47,302 bases of DNA from Candidatus Staskawiczbacteria bacterium (GCA_903831095.1 CAIKWD010000018.1:1-47302), one strand, 5' to 3'; shown: positions 1-9,622, counted from the stretch's first letter. The notes: generated by a model not told the origin, from the letters alone. Numbers and translations: made by a program.

Positions 1-1988
1 AGGGAAACAATGTCTATCAAAACTACATTGCATATACCTGTAACAATCCAGGTACAGCAGGTTCTTCATGTTCAAACTCTACAACAGCTCAGCTTCAGAC
101 TACATGTACTGGAAGCCAGACATGTAACAATGGAAGCTGTAATAATCAGACAATAATTTGTTCAAACAATACTCAATGTGGAACTAATAATTTTACAGGT
201 TCACCATTCTGCCAAGGAAGCAATGTTTATCAGAACTATATAACATATACTTGTCACAATTCAGGAACAGCCAACTCATATTGTTCTGATTCCACAACTC
301 CGCAACTTCAAACTACATGTACTGGAAACCAGACATGTACAAATGGAAGCTGTACTACACAAATAATAGCTTGTGCTAATAATGCTGCCTGCGGAACTTC
401 TGGTCTAACTGGATCATTATTCTGCCAAGGTAATAGTATATATCAAAACTACATTGCATATACCTGTAACAATCCAGGTACAGCAAGCTCATCTTGCTCA
501 AGCTCTACAACAGCTCAACTTCAAACTACATGTACTGGAAGCCAGATATGCAGTAACGGAAGCTGTAGTACAAATTGCACACAAAACTCCCAACAGAGAT
601 GCGTGGGATCAAACTTGTACTGGTATGACTCATGCGGAGTTCAGGGAAACCTTATACAATACTGTGCTAATGGATGCTCTGGAAACGCTTGTATAATCAA
701 TAATTGTACACAAAACTCCCAACAGAGATGTGTTGGTTCTAGCTTGTACTGGTACGACTCATGCGGAGTCCAAGGAGGTTTTATACAATACTGCGCAAAT
801 GGATGTTTGGGCAACACCTGCAACAATAACTACAATAACTGCACTTACCACTCATCAGAAAGATGTATTGGAAACAGCTTGTACTGGTACGACTCATGCG
901 GAGTTCAGCAAGACTTGGCTCAATACTGCACAAATGGATGCGTTAACAACTACTGCACAAATAACTACAGTTACTATGGAAACTGCACCTATCATGCATA
1001 CAAACTTTGTACTGGAAACAACATATATTGGTACGACTCATGCGGAACTCAGCAAGATTTATACACAACTTGCGGTGGAGGCCAAACATGCCAATATGGA
1101 CAATGTACTTATCCACAAACTTATTCCAGTATTCAATATGTACAACCACAAAACACTTACATATCACATTACAGAACAGCCTGCAATGGAGGTTCTTTAA
1201 GCTGGTATGATTCACTTGGATCAGTCAGCGGAATATACCAAAATTGCACAGATAATAACAGTTGTACCTTAGATACCTGCGCAGGCGGAAAGTGCTCAAA
1301 TATTTCAAAATGTGATGGCACAACCTGCACTGTAGGATCTGCCGATTACAATACTTATTGTGCGGCAAATCATTGTGGCAACGGACTTTGCGAATCTACT
1401 TTGGGCGAAACAAACGCCAATTGCCCAGCTGACTGTAAAATAGTCATGCCAGTTGCAGGTTTGACAATCACATTTTTAACAAAAAACACCTCAACCTCAA
1501 ACCAATGGCAAAAACAAACCGAGATTGACCCAAACAGCCAAGCTTACTTTATGATTTCGGTTGTTAATAGTTCTACTTCACAAATTGACAACGTAAGTAT
1601 TTCAGCAAATATTCCTGTGGAAATTTCTTCAATAGGCAACTTACAGCTTAATGGCGTGCCAGTTTCTGGCGACATAATTTCTGGAATTAATATTGGATCT
1701 ATTTCTCCAGCGGGAATAAAAACAATAACATTTGAAGGAAAAACCCAAGCAATTTCTGCAACAGCTACAAAGCAAGCAACTGCCACAAGTAATGTTTTAG
1801 GAACAATACAGTCTGACTATGTAACAATAAATCTTTCTGCAAGTAAAACTACTGCTGCAGTTTCAGAATCTGTTACTTCAACTGGATTCTGGGGATTCCT
1901 GAAAAACTGGTATTTATGGATTTTAGGAGCAATTGTACTAGTATTTCTATTTGTTGTAGTATTCAAAAGATTTTCTTCAGACGTTTAA
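1..1988 (+). CDS. 5'-truncated cysteine-rich modular surface protein with C-terminal membrane anchor
   Basis: The frame starting at nt 3 is open from the window edge, so the GTG at 603 in the track is internal. It contains three ~71-aa Cys-rich modules (..QNYIxYTCxNxGTAxSxCSxSTTxQLQTTCTGxQxCxNGSC) and then 4-5 modules of 43-48 aa (C..RC.G..LYWYDSCG.Q..L.QYC.NGC). A beta-rich CARDB/DUF11-like stretch follows, then the hydrophobic helix WILGAIVLVFLFVVVF plus KRF. A terminator lies just downstream. Confidence 0.8.
   Translation, partial: GNNVYQNYIAYTCNNPGTAGSSCSNSTTAQLQTTCTGSQTCNNGSCNNQTIICSNNTQCGTNNFTGSPFCQGSNVYQNYITYTCHNSGTANSYCSDSTTPQLQTTCTGNQTCTNGSCTTQIIACANNAACGTSGLTGSLFCQGNSIYQNYIAYTCNNPGTASSSCSSSTTAQLQTTCTGSQICSNGSCSTNCTQNSQQRCVGSNLYWYDSCGVQGNLIQYCANGCSGNACIINNCTQNSQQRCVGSSLYWYDSCGVQGGFIQYCANGCLGNTCNNNYNNCTYHSSERCIGNSLYWYDSCGVQQDLAQYCTNGCVNNYCTNNYSYYGNCTYHAYKLCTGNNIYWYDSCGTQQDLYTTCGGGQTCQYGQCTYPQTYSSIQYVQPQNTYISHYRTACNGGSLSWYDSLGSVSGIYQNCTDNNSCTLDTCAGGKCSNISKCDGTTCTVGSADYNTYCAANHCGNGLCESTLGETNANCPADCKIVMPVAGLTITFLTKNTSTSNQWQKQTEIDPNSQAYFMISVVNSSTSQIDNVSISANIPVEISSIGNLQLNGVPVSGDIISGINIGSISPAGIKTITFEGKTQAISATATKQATATSNVLGTIQSDYVTINLSASKTTAAVSESVTSTGFWGFLKNWYLWILGAIVLVFLFVVVFKRFSSDV
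18..575 (+). repeat. Tandem coding repeat, period 213 bp (71 aa), about 2.6 copies
   Basis: caaaactacattgcatatacctgtaacaatccaggtacagca occurs at 18 and again at 444. A diverged copy (cagaactatataacatatacttgtcacaattcaggaacagcc) starts at 231. Confidence 0.85.
576..1230 (+). repeat. Tandem coding repeat, period 129-144 bp (YWYDSCG modules), 4-5 copies
   Basis: Units start at 576, 705, 840, 984 and about 1178. Each contains ..ttgtactggta[tc]gactcatgcgga... Confidence 0.8.
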
Positions 1989-2000
1989 TAAATGACAATA

Positions 2001-2030
2001 AAAACCACCCCCTCACGGGGTGGTTTTTTT
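2001..2030. terminator. Bidirectional intrinsic terminator
   Basis: aaaaCCACCCCctcacGGGGTGGttttttt lies between the convergent stops at 1988 and 2088. Confidence 0.8.
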
Positions 2031-2087
2031 GTACAAATAAAAAATCCCGAACGAAATGTTCAGGACGATTAAATATAAAAAATAAGA

Positions 2088-2273
2088 TTACAAAGTGTCG
2101 AAATCATGGCGACTTGTTTTTGATACAACCATAACAGTTTTTCCATCGCCTAAATTCACAAACCTAACTCTTTTAGTAACCATACTAATATTTTTTACCT
2201 TGGAAATATCTCCTTTGCTATTTTTACAATTTTTTGCCACACCTTTAGCTTTATTTCCTTTTGTTTTTTGCAT
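2088..2273 (-). CDS. Overlapping -1-frame ORF (61 aa); possible frameshifted continuation of 2195..2560
   Basis: It overlaps the upstream ORF by 79 nt. The frames meet around an A6 run (gcAAAAAAc). There is no independent RBS. Confidence 0.25.
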   Translation of the reverse strand: MQKTKGNKAKGVAKNCKNSKGDISKVKNISMVTKRVRFVNLGDGKTVMVVSKTSRHDFDTL

Positions 2274-2560
2274 TTTCTGCTTTTCCCCCTTTGAGAAACA
2301 TCTCTTGTCTTTTTACCGTTACAGTCAATGAAATACAGCAAATCACCATCACGAACCAAGGCCTCTTCCTCCAGAAATATACCAGCTTCATCATATTCTT
2401 TAGAATATGCCGGACTTAGATCCTCACATACATGTGTACACTTGCCATTTTCACATTGAACTTTAGCAAGCTTTTCGCCTTTTGGGCCAGCTGGCAAAAA
2501 AACACCAATTGATATATATTTAGACTTTTTAGTTACTTCTATTTTACCATTCGTTTCCAT
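2195..2560 (-). CDS. Hypothetical protein (121 aa, Lys-rich C-terminus)
   Basis: The ORF has an AGGAGG Shine-Dalgarno sequence (RC of gtcctcct at 2566-2573) and its own promoter. No recognisable family. Confidence 0.55.
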   Translation of the reverse strand: METNGKIEVTKKSKYISIGVFLPAGPKGEKLAKVQCENGKCTHVCEDLSPAYSKEYDEAGIFLEEEALVRDGDLLYFIDCNGKKTRDVSQRGKSRKCKKQKEIKLKVWQKIVKIAKEIFPR

Positions 2561-2618
2561 AAGTTGTCCTCCTATTTATATGCAATTCAATTGTAAATTT
2601 GCAAAACTGATTACATAA

Positions 2619-2647
2619 ACTATAGTATACCAGGCCAGCGCTGTCAA
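2619..2647 (-). promoter_or_regulatory. Sigma70-type promoter for the 2560 gene
   Basis: On the minus strand: TTGACA, 17 nt, TATAGT. Confidence 0.6.
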
Positions 2648-2696
2648 TATCTTTAAATTATGCAAAAAATTGGTTATTATAAACTATTAAAAAACA

Positions 2697-3488
2697 ATGA
2701 TTGGAATTTTTGATTCGGGCGTTGGGGGGCTAACAGTTGTAAAAGAAATTTTTAAACAGCTTCCCGGCTACCAGATAACTTATTTTGGAGATACAGCCAG
2801 GCTTCCTTATGGCACAAAAGGGGCTGATTTTGTGAAAAAATATTCGTCAAAAATTACCAATTGGCTTCTTAATAAAAATGCAAAAATAATTGTCGTAGCA
2901 TGTAATACTTCTTCTGCCTGGGCATCAGACTCACTTAGGAAAAAATACAAAAATACTAAGATTTTTGACATGATAAGCTTTGCCGCACAAGATGTTGTGG
3001 CAACAACAAAAAATAAAAAAATTGGCATTATTGGAACACCTGGAACCATAAAAAGCAATGCTTGGAGCAAAACATTAAAGAAATTGGATCCATCCTTGAA
3101 AATTTTCTCCCAGCCTTGTCCGCTGTTTGTGCCAATGGTGGAAATGGGTTTTACAACTGGGACAGTAACAGAAAAGCTTGTGGACGAGTATTTAAAAAAA
3201 ATAAGGGCAAGCAAGGCAGATGTATTAGTTCTTGCGTGCACTCATTACCCACTTTTAAAAAAAGTTATACAAAAAACTGTTGGCCCAAAAGTCAAAATAA
3301 TAAATCCAGCTGAAAGCCTGGCAAGAGAAGTAAAAAAGTATCTGATGGAAAATGAGACCATAAATAGAAAAATGAAAAAGGGAAGTGCTAATAAATTCTT
3401 TTTTTCGGATGAACCGTATAACTTGGAGAAAATAAGCCACATGTGCTTTAATAAAAAAATAAAGCCAATAGTAAACGATCCTTTTTAA
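2697..3488 (+). CDS. murI: Glutamate racemase
   Basis: N-terminus MIGIFDSGVGGLTV, plus the conserved VVACNTSS and LACTHYP cysteine motifs. Confidence 0.93.
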   Translation: MIGIFDSGVGGLTVVKEIFKQLPGYQITYFGDTARLPYGTKGADFVKKYSSKITNWLLNKNAKIIVVACNTSSAWASDSLRKKYKNTKIFDMISFAAQDVVATTKNKKIGIIGTPGTIKSNAWSKTLKKLDPSLKIFSQPCPLFVPMVEMGFTTGTVTEKLVDEYLKKIRASKADVLVLACTHYPLLKKVIQKTVGPKVKIINPAESLAREVKKYLMENETINRKMKKGSANKFFFSDEPYNLEKISHMCFNKKIKPIVNDPF

Positions 3489-4816
3489 TGAAGAAAAATA
3501 TTTTCAAAAATAAAAAAGTTTTAGTAATGGGACTTGGATTGAATGGAGGAGGAGTCGGAGTTGCAAAATTTTTCTGCAAACAAGGTGCGGATGTTTTGGT
3601 TACTGACTTAAAATCAGAAGAAGTTTTGAAAGATTCAATTTCAAAATTGAGAGGCAAAAAAATAAAATATACCTTGGGTAAGCATAAGGAAAAAGATTTT
3701 CTTTGGGCCGACCTAATTATAAAAAATCCAGATGTCCCAAGCTCGTCTCCATATCTTGAAATTGCCAAAAAAAATAATATAGAAGTTGAGACAGATATAA
3801 GCTTATTTTTAAAAATGTCCAAGGCTTTTTCAATTGGCATAACTGGAACAAAGGGAAAATCTACAACTTCGTCTTTGATATATCACATTTTAAGGAAAAA
3901 ATTTAAAAAAACATTTTTAGCTGGAAATATTGGCATTTCACCGCTTGAGCTATTACCAAAAATAAAAAAGGGGGACAAGATTGTGCTTGAACTTTCCAGT
4001 TTTGGACTGGAAGATTTAAAACAAAGTCCAAATATATCTGTGATTACAAACATAATGACTGATCACCTTAACCGCTATGGCACAATGGCTGAATATATTG
4101 AAACAAAAAAAATAATCTTCAAATACCAAAATAAAAATGACGCGCTTGTTTTAAATGAAGATGACTTTATTGTGCGACAATTCGCCAAGGAGGCAAAATC
4201 AAAGGTCTATTTTTATTCGGGTAATAATGTCAAAGCTAATGGTTTTAAATTAATGGGGAAACAAAATTTATCAAATCTTTCTGCTGCTATAACAGTTGCA
4301 AAATTATTGAAAGTTCCAGAAAAAAATATACTCTCTGCAATTAAAACATTTAAAGGAGTGCACAGCAGGCAGGAATTTGTAAGGGAAGTATCAGGCGTAA
4401 AATATTTTAATGATACAACTGCAACTATTCCCGAAGCCGTGGTTTCAGCAATGGATTCGCTTTCGGAAAAATTTACCAGCGCAAAAATATTGTTAATTTG
4501 CGGAGGAGTTTACAAAGGAGTTGATTACAATAAAATGGTTGAAAAAATTATTGAAAAAAATGTTGGAATAATTATGCTCCCTGGAAATGCATCTGATAAA
4601 ATAATAGAAAAACTTGGCCAATATGCAGAAATTTACAATGTGACATCTATGCAAGAAGCAGTAGAAAAAGCCAGCCATTTGGCAAAAAGAGGAGATGTGG
4701 TTATACTTTCACCAGCAGCTTCAAGCTTTAACCTCTTTAAAAATGAATTTGACAGAGGAAATCAATTTGTCCAAGCAGTAAAAAAATTGGGGAAAACAAA
4801 TGAAAGGACATTTTAA
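3488..4816 (+). CDS. murD: UDP-N-acetylmuramoylalanine--D-glutamate ligase
   Basis: N-terminal Rossmann motif VMGLGLNGGG, Mur ligase P-loop GITGTKGKSTT, and a C-terminal SPAASSFN.FKNEF.RG motif. The ATG overlaps the murI stop. Confidence 0.93.
   Translation: MKKNIFKNKKVLVMGLGLNGGGVGVAKFFCKQGADVLVTDLKSEEVLKDSISKLRGKKIKYTLGKHKEKDFLWADLIIKNPDVPSSSPYLEIAKKNNIEVETDISLFLKMSKAFSIGITGTKGKSTTSSLIYHILRKKFKKTFLAGNIGISPLELLPKIKKGDKIVLELSSFGLEDLKQSPNISVITNIMTDHLNRYGTMAEYIETKKIIFKYQNKNDALVLNEDDFIVRQFAKEAKSKVYFYSGNNVKANGFKLMGKQNLSNLSAAITVAKLLKVPEKNILSAIKTFKGVHSRQEFVREVSGVKYFNDTTATIPEAVVSAMDSLSEKFTSAKILLICGGVYKGVDYNKMVEKIIEKNVGIIMLPGNASDKIIEKLGQYAEIYNVTSMQEAVEKASHLAKRGDVVILSPAASSFNLFKNEFDRGNQFVQAVKKLGKTNERTF
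4169..4181 (+). repeat. Motif copy ATTGTGCGACAAT (perfect 13-mer) inside murD
   Basis: ctttATTGTGCGACAATtc; encodes IVRQ. Confidence 0.9.
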
Positions 4817-5927
4817 TTATTTTTTATTCTTTGTTGTTGTTTTTTTACTAGGCTTTAGCTTCTTGTTTTTTGCTTGTCTTTCAGCTCCTGCTTCTTTACA
4901 AAGATTTGGAAACACTAATTATTATTTGTTTCACCAACTTCTTTTAGGTCTTCTGCCAGCTGTTGTTGCAGGTTATTTAGCTTATAAGGTTTCTTTGAAC
5001 TTACTTAAAAAATGGGCTCCTTTACTAGTTTTACTTAACTTGGCAGCCTTATTTTTTGTTTTTTTGCCAGGAATTGGAAGCAAAGCATGGGGCGCAAGCC
5101 GATGGGTAAACTTTGGATTTGCCTCATTCCAACCATCTGAATTTTTGAAAATCACCGCTATATTATATCTTTCAGCTTGGATTGCCTCAAAGCTTTCCGA
5201 AAACAGCACTTCAGACTGGAAATCTGCCACAAAAAAAGGTTATCATAATGTAATCTACATATTTATACCGTTTATTGTATTTTTAGGACTTATTGGAACT
5301 GCACTTTTTTTACAAAGAGATGCTAGTACTTTAGGAATAATTGCCATAACATTATTAGTTTTATATTTTTCTGCAAAAACTCCAATATGGCACACAATTG
5401 TAGTAGTGGCATCTGGGCTTGGCATTTTACTGTTTTTAATTAGGTTTGAACCTTACAGATTGGACCGCTGGCTTGTATTTCTTCATCCAGATTCTGACCC
5501 ACTTGGAAAAGGATTTCAACTTCGCCAATCATTAATTTCATTGGGCTCTGGAGGAGTTTTTGGCAAGGGCCTGGGAATGTCAACACAGAAATTTGGCTTT
5601 TTACCTCAGGCAATGTCTGATTCAATTTTTGCCATAATTGGCGAAGAAATTGGAGCTATAGGTTGCATTGCTTTAATTGGAATTTTTATTTTATTTTTCT
5701 GGCTTGGTTTGAAAATTGCCAAAAATTCAAATGACAGGTTTTCAAAAATGACAGCCATTGGAATTGTATTTTGGATAACATTCCAGGCATTTATTAATAT
5801 TTCATCAGTTGCAGGTATATTTCCATTAGCTGGAATTCCTTTGCCATTTTTTTCCTACGGAGGCTCACACCTGGTAGTTGAATTAATTGGCGTAGGACTT
5901 TTATTAAACATTTCAAAAAATACTTAA
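4800..5927 (+). CDS. ftsW: SEDS-family cell division/elongation protein FtsW/RodA
   Basis: Polytopic membrane protein with QPSEFLK, SDSIFAIIGEE.G and PLPFFSYGGS motifs, positioned between murD and murG. Confidence 0.88.
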   Translation: MKGHFNYFLFFVVVFLLGFSFLFFACLSAPASLQRFGNTNYYLFHQLLLGLLPAVVAGYLAYKVSLNLLKKWAPLLVLLNLAALFFVFLPGIGSKAWGASRWVNFGFASFQPSEFLKITAILYLSAWIASKLSENSTSDWKSATKKGYHNVIYIFIPFIVFLGLIGTALFLQRDASTLGIIAITLLVLYFSAKTPIWHTIVVVASGLGILLFLIRFEPYRLDRWLVFLHPDSDPLGKGFQLRQSLISLGSGGVFGKGLGMSTQKFGFLPQAMSDSIFAIIGEEIGAIGCIALIGIFILFFWLGLKIAKNSNDRFSKMTAIGIVFWITFQAFINISSVAGIFPLAGIPLPFFSYGGSHLVVELIGVGLLLNISKNT

Positions 5928-5937
5928 TCAATCAAAC

Positions 5938-7053
5938 ATGAAAATATTATTTACAGGAGGTGGAACTGCAGGACATATCTTTCCAATAATTGCTATAACA
6001 CGAGAAATAAGAAGAATTTATCCAAAAAAAAATCTGGAATTTTGTTATATGGGTCCCAAAGATGAATTTGTTAGAATTTCTCTTGTACAGGAGGAATTTA
6101 CAATTAAAAATATTGCTTCGGGAAAAGTTAGGAGATATTTTTCTTTTCAAAACATAATTGATATTATTTTCAAGATTCCTTTTGGAACACTACAAAGTTT
6201 TATTAATTTGATTTCTATTAAACCAGACCTTGTTTTCAGCAAGGGTGGGTCAGGATCAATTGCAGTAACATATGCAGCCAGGCTTTTGAGAATTCCTGTA
6301 TTTTTGCACGAATCTGATGTTGTGCCTGGACTTTCAAACCAAGTAGCTTCTAAATGGGCAAAAAAAATATTTATTTCTTTTCCAAAGACAGAATACTTTA
6401 ACCCCGGAAAAACAATCCTTGTCGGAAACCCAATCCGAAAAGAAATAATGGAAGGAGACAAACAAACAGCTGTTGAAATGTTTAACCTAACTCTTTCAAA
6501 ACCAATAATATTATTTGCAGGAGGTTCACAGGGTGCTGAAGCTGTAAATGATTTTGTTCTTAGAGTTTTAAATGATATTTTGAAAAATTATGAACTAATT
6601 CATATGACTGGGCCTCAAAACATAAAACAGGTTTCAGCGGAAGCTCAAGTTGTAATGGACAAGGATTTAGATGTATACTATCATCCAGTGGGTTTTTTAG
6701 ATGAAAACAAAATCAAACACGCATATAAAGTAGCTGATTTGATTATTTCCAGGTCGGGAGCTGGTTCAATTTTTGAAATTGCTGCAGTCAACAAACCAAG
6801 TATTTTAATCCCGCTTCCATCAGCTGCTGCAAACCACCAGTCAAAAAATGCCTATGCATATTCGGAGACTGGTTCATGTATGGTAATTGAACAGGAAAAT
6901 CTTACTCCGAATTTCTTTATGGAAAACATCCAGCTTTTATTTCTGCACCCAGAAAAATTAGAGGAAATGAAGCAAGCTGCAGCTGCATTTGCAAAACCAA
7001 TGGCAGCACGTTCAATTGCCAGAGAAATATTAGAATTTTTAATGTTAGATTAA
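5938..7053 (+). CDS. murG: UDP-N-acetylglucosamine--LPS/undecaprenyl-PP-MurNAc-pentapeptide GlcNAc transferase
   Basis: MKILFTGGGTAGHIFP N-terminus, GGSQGA, SRSGAGSIFE and ANHQ..NA motifs. Confidence 0.93.
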   Translation: MKILFTGGGTAGHIFPIIAITREIRRIYPKKNLEFCYMGPKDEFVRISLVQEEFTIKNIASGKVRRYFSFQNIIDIIFKIPFGTLQSFINLISIKPDLVFSKGGSGSIAVTYAARLLRIPVFLHESDVVPGLSNQVASKWAKKIFISFPKTEYFNPGKTILVGNPIRKEIMEGDKQTAVEMFNLTLSKPIILFAGGSQGAEAVNDFVLRVLNDILKNYELIHMTGPQNIKQVSAEAQVVMDKDLDVYYHPVGFLDENKIKHAYKVADLIISRSGAGSIFEIAAVNKPSILIPLPSAAANHQSKNAYAYSETGSCMVIEQENLTPNFFMENIQLLFLHPEKLEEMKQAAAAFAKPMAARSIAREILEFLMLD

Positions 7054-7062
7054 ATTTTATTT

Positions 7063-8556
7063 ATGACTAAAAAAATACAACAAATACAAGTACGAACAAG
7101 AATTGCGCCTTCACCAACCGGGCCTGCGCATATTGGAACAGCGAGAACCGCTTTGTTTAATTATTTATTCGCAAAGCAAAACAATGGAAAATTTATTTTG
7201 CGTATTGAAGACACCGACAAAGAAAGATCCGAGCAAAAATGGACCGACGAAATTATTGAAGAATTAAAATGGCTAGGAATTTCCTGGGACGAAGGACCAG
7301 ACATAAGTGGAGAATTTGAACCATACAAACAATCACAGCGATTGGACATATACAAAAAATATTTGGAACAACTTTTAATTGAAGAAAAAGCCTATTATTG
7401 TTTTTGCACAGAAGAAGAATTAGAGGCCAAGCGCCAAGAACAGATGGGTAGGGGATTGGCTCCAAAATATGACGGCAAATGCACCCATTTGTCTAAAGAA
7501 ATTGTAGATAAAAATATTGCTGAAGGAAAATCATCTGTCATAAGATTTAAGGTTCAAAATAAAAAAGTAAAATTTGACGACTTAATTCGCGGACAAGTTG
7601 AGTTTGATGCAAGTTTATTGGGGGATGTAGTAATAGCAAAAAATTTAAGTTCGCCTTTATACCACTTTGCTGTTGTAGTGGACGACTTTTTAATGCAAAT
7701 AAGCCATGTAATCAGAGGCGAAGAGCATTTATCCAATACACCTCGCCAAATACTAATTCAGGAAGCTCTTGGCTTTTATAAGCCAATATATGCGCATTTA
7801 CCTTTGATGTTGAATCTTGATAAAAGCAAAATGTCCAAGCGACAGGGAGATGTGGCCATATCAGATTATCACAAAAATGGCTATTTACCCGAGGCATTGA
7901 TCAACTTTATGGTTTTATTGGGCTGGAACCCAGGTACAGACAAGGAAATGTTTACCTTGGCCCACTTAGTAAAAGAATTTTCTATTGAAAAGGTACAAAA
8001 AGCCGGAGCTGTATTTAATGTTCAAAGATTGGATTTTTTAAACGGACTGTATATAAGAGAGAAAGCAATAGATAAGCTCACAGAACTTTGCATACCATAT
8101 TTAAAAGAATCGGGACTTTTAGTTGAGGGACAATTTTCCCAAAACAAGCTTCAGGAAATTGTAGAGGTCTCTAGAACCAGAATGAAAAAACTTTCGGAAA
8201 TATCTTCTCTTTCAGATTTCTTTTTCTCAAACAAATTAATATACGACAAAGATTTACTGCAGTGGCAAAAAGCAGAGGATGAGGCAATAAAAGAATCATT
8301 GATGTTTTCTAGAAACATTTTACTAGAAAATAAAACATGGGAGCTAAAAGATTTGGAAACAGAATTATTTACTGGAGCAGAAAAGTTTAATTTGCAAAAA
8401 GGTTATCCAGAGAAAAACAAAGGATATTTACTATGGCCTTTGCGTGTGGCGTTATCGGGAAAGAGTACATCTCCAAGCCCGTTTGAAATAGCTTATATTC
8501 TAGGCAAGGAAAAAACTTTGAAACTCGTAGATGAAGCCATCAAAATTATCTCATAA
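7063..8556 (+). CDS. gltX: Glutamyl-tRNA synthetase
   Basis: RTRIAPSPTGPAHIGTARTALFNYLFA (HIGH region) and KMSKRQG (KMSKS), 497 aa. Confidence 0.93.
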   Translation: MTKKIQQIQVRTRIAPSPTGPAHIGTARTALFNYLFAKQNNGKFILRIEDTDKERSEQKWTDEIIEELKWLGISWDEGPDISGEFEPYKQSQRLDIYKKYLEQLLIEEKAYYCFCTEEELEAKRQEQMGRGLAPKYDGKCTHLSKEIVDKNIAEGKSSVIRFKVQNKKVKFDDLIRGQVEFDASLLGDVVIAKNLSSPLYHFAVVVDDFLMQISHVIRGEEHLSNTPRQILIQEALGFYKPIYAHLPLMLNLDKSKMSKRQGDVAISDYHKNGYLPEALINFMVLLGWNPGTDKEMFTLAHLVKEFSIEKVQKAGAVFNVQRLDFLNGLYIREKAIDKLTELCIPYLKESGLLVEGQFSQNKLQEIVEVSRTRMKKLSEISSLSDFFFSNKLIYDKDLLQWQKAEDEAIKESLMFSRNILLENKTWELKDLETELFTGAEKFNLQKGYPEKNKGYLLWPLRVALSGKSTSPSPFEIAYILGKEKTLKLVDEAIKIIS

Positions 8557-8567
8557 TATTGCTTGTT

Positions 8568-9110
8568 ATGGAAATAAAAATCTTCAGCGACAAGAAAATA
8601 ATAATCAGAAAAATAATAAAATCAGACTTAAAGAATATAAAAAAATTCCAAGTCTTTATCAATTCCTTTCTCATTGAAGATGCAAAGCTTTCAATTAATA
8701 AAAAAGTCACTCCAAATGCGCAAAAGGAATTTTTAAAGAAAACATTGGATGGCATGAGAAATAAATCGAAGGTTTATCTTGTAGTAGAATCTGATAATAA
8801 AATTATTGGCGCAAGCGATATTGAATTATTAGGACAAAGGAGAAATCACATTGGTTCATTTGGAATTGCCATTAAGGCAGGTTATAGGGGAGTAGGTCTG
8901 GGTAAATATTTAATGTCAGAAATTATTAAACTGGCAAAAAAAGAATTAAATCCTACTCCAAAAATTATCCAACTAGAAGTCTACGCTAATAATAAACCAG
9001 CTGTAAGTCTTTATAAAAAAATGGGATTTAAAATTTGCGCAAAGCTTCCAAAACAGGTTCAATGGAAGGGGAAGTTAATCCCAATATTTATAATGATGCA
9101 CGAGATTTAA
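8568..9110 (+). CDS. GNAT-family N-acetyltransferase
   Basis: Acetyl-CoA motif IAIKAGYRGVGLGKYLM and LYKKMGF. The ATG at 8568 is preferred over the TTG at 8559 given in the track. Confidence 0.8.
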   Translation: MEIKIFSDKKIIIRKIIKSDLKNIKKFQVFINSFLIEDAKLSINKKVTPNAQKEFLKKTLDGMRNKSKVYLVVESDNKIIGASDIELLGQRRNHIGSFGIAIKAGYRGVGLGKYLMSEIIKLAKKELNPTPKIIQLEVYANNKPAVSLYKKMGFKICAKLPKQVQWKGKLIPIFIMMHEI

Positions 9111-9124
9111 AAAATATATAATTT

Positions 9125-9137
9125 ATTGTGCGACAAA
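9125..9137 (+). repeat. Motif copy ATTGTGCGACAAa, intergenic
   Basis: atttATTGTGCGACAAatat. It shares the 16-mer ATTGTGCGACAAATAT with the copy at 43181-43196 (RC). Confidence 0.9.
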
Positions 9138-9161
9138 TATAGTAATCCCCAAAAAATATCA

Positions 9162-9530
9162 ATGCAACAAGAAAAAGGTTTCATAAAATATATTATTATA
9201 ATAGCTGTCATACTGGTTTTCGTTTTTCTGAGCCAACAGGCATATTCACGATTTTTTGGCAAAACCCTCATTTCCGATGCAACTGACCAAATTAAGGCAT
9301 ATGTGGCAAAAGGATCAAATTGGGTGGCCTCAAAAGTATATCCAAAAATAGCCGAGGAAGTTCAGAATAGGGGAGAAGTGATAAAAAATGAAGTTACAAA
9401 AGAAAAAGAAAAAGTTTCAGAAAATATTTTAAAAAAAGTTGAAAATTATTTTGCGGGAATTTCAAACAGTATTCTGCATCCCGGTGAAAATAATTGCACA
9501 GTTCAGACAACTCAGACACCAATTAAATAA
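9162..9530 (+). CDS. Small N-terminally membrane-anchored hypothetical protein
   Basis: ATG at 9162 (MQQEKGFIKYIIIIAVILVFVFLS...). The upstream TTG start in the track would read through the conserved DNA motif. Confidence 0.55.
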   Translation: MQQEKGFIKYIIIIAVILVFVFLSQQAYSRFFGKTLISDATDQIKAYVAKGSNWVASKVYPKIAEEVQNRGEVIKNEVTKEKEKVSENILKKVENYFAGISNSILHPGENNCTVQTTQTPIK

Positions 9531-9556
9531 AAAGACGATCTAAACATCGTCTTTTT
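9529..9556. repeat. 28-bp inverted-repeat site, copy 1 (AAAAAGACGAT-CTAAAC-ATCGTCTTTTT); terminator-like and dif-like
   Basis: Perfect 11-bp arms with a 6-bp spacer. It is 27/28 identical to 10668..10695 in the same orientation. Confidence 0.85.
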
Positions 9557-9579
9557 TTAACCATGTGAATAATTAGGGG

Positions 9580-9608
9580 TTGACCTGACTCAAGGGGAGC
9601 CTTATTAT
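9580..9608 (+). promoter_or_regulatory. Sigma70-type promoter of the recombinase gene
   Basis: TTGACC (9580-9585), 17 nt, TATTAT (9603-9608). The 5' UTR contains the hairpin ATGTCGC-N14-GCGACGT (9621-9648). Confidence 0.65.
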
Positions 9609-9622
9609 AGATATAGAGGCTA

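Noticed and set aside
454-1215. Several 60-156-aa ORFs in other frames and on the opposite strand within the repeat region (454..696, 641..826, 730..1200, 943..1215, 1007..1210).
   Set aside because: They lie entirely inside the long Cys-rich repeat ORF and are repeated only because the DNA is repeated. They have no RBS and implausible composition, so they are shadow ORFs.
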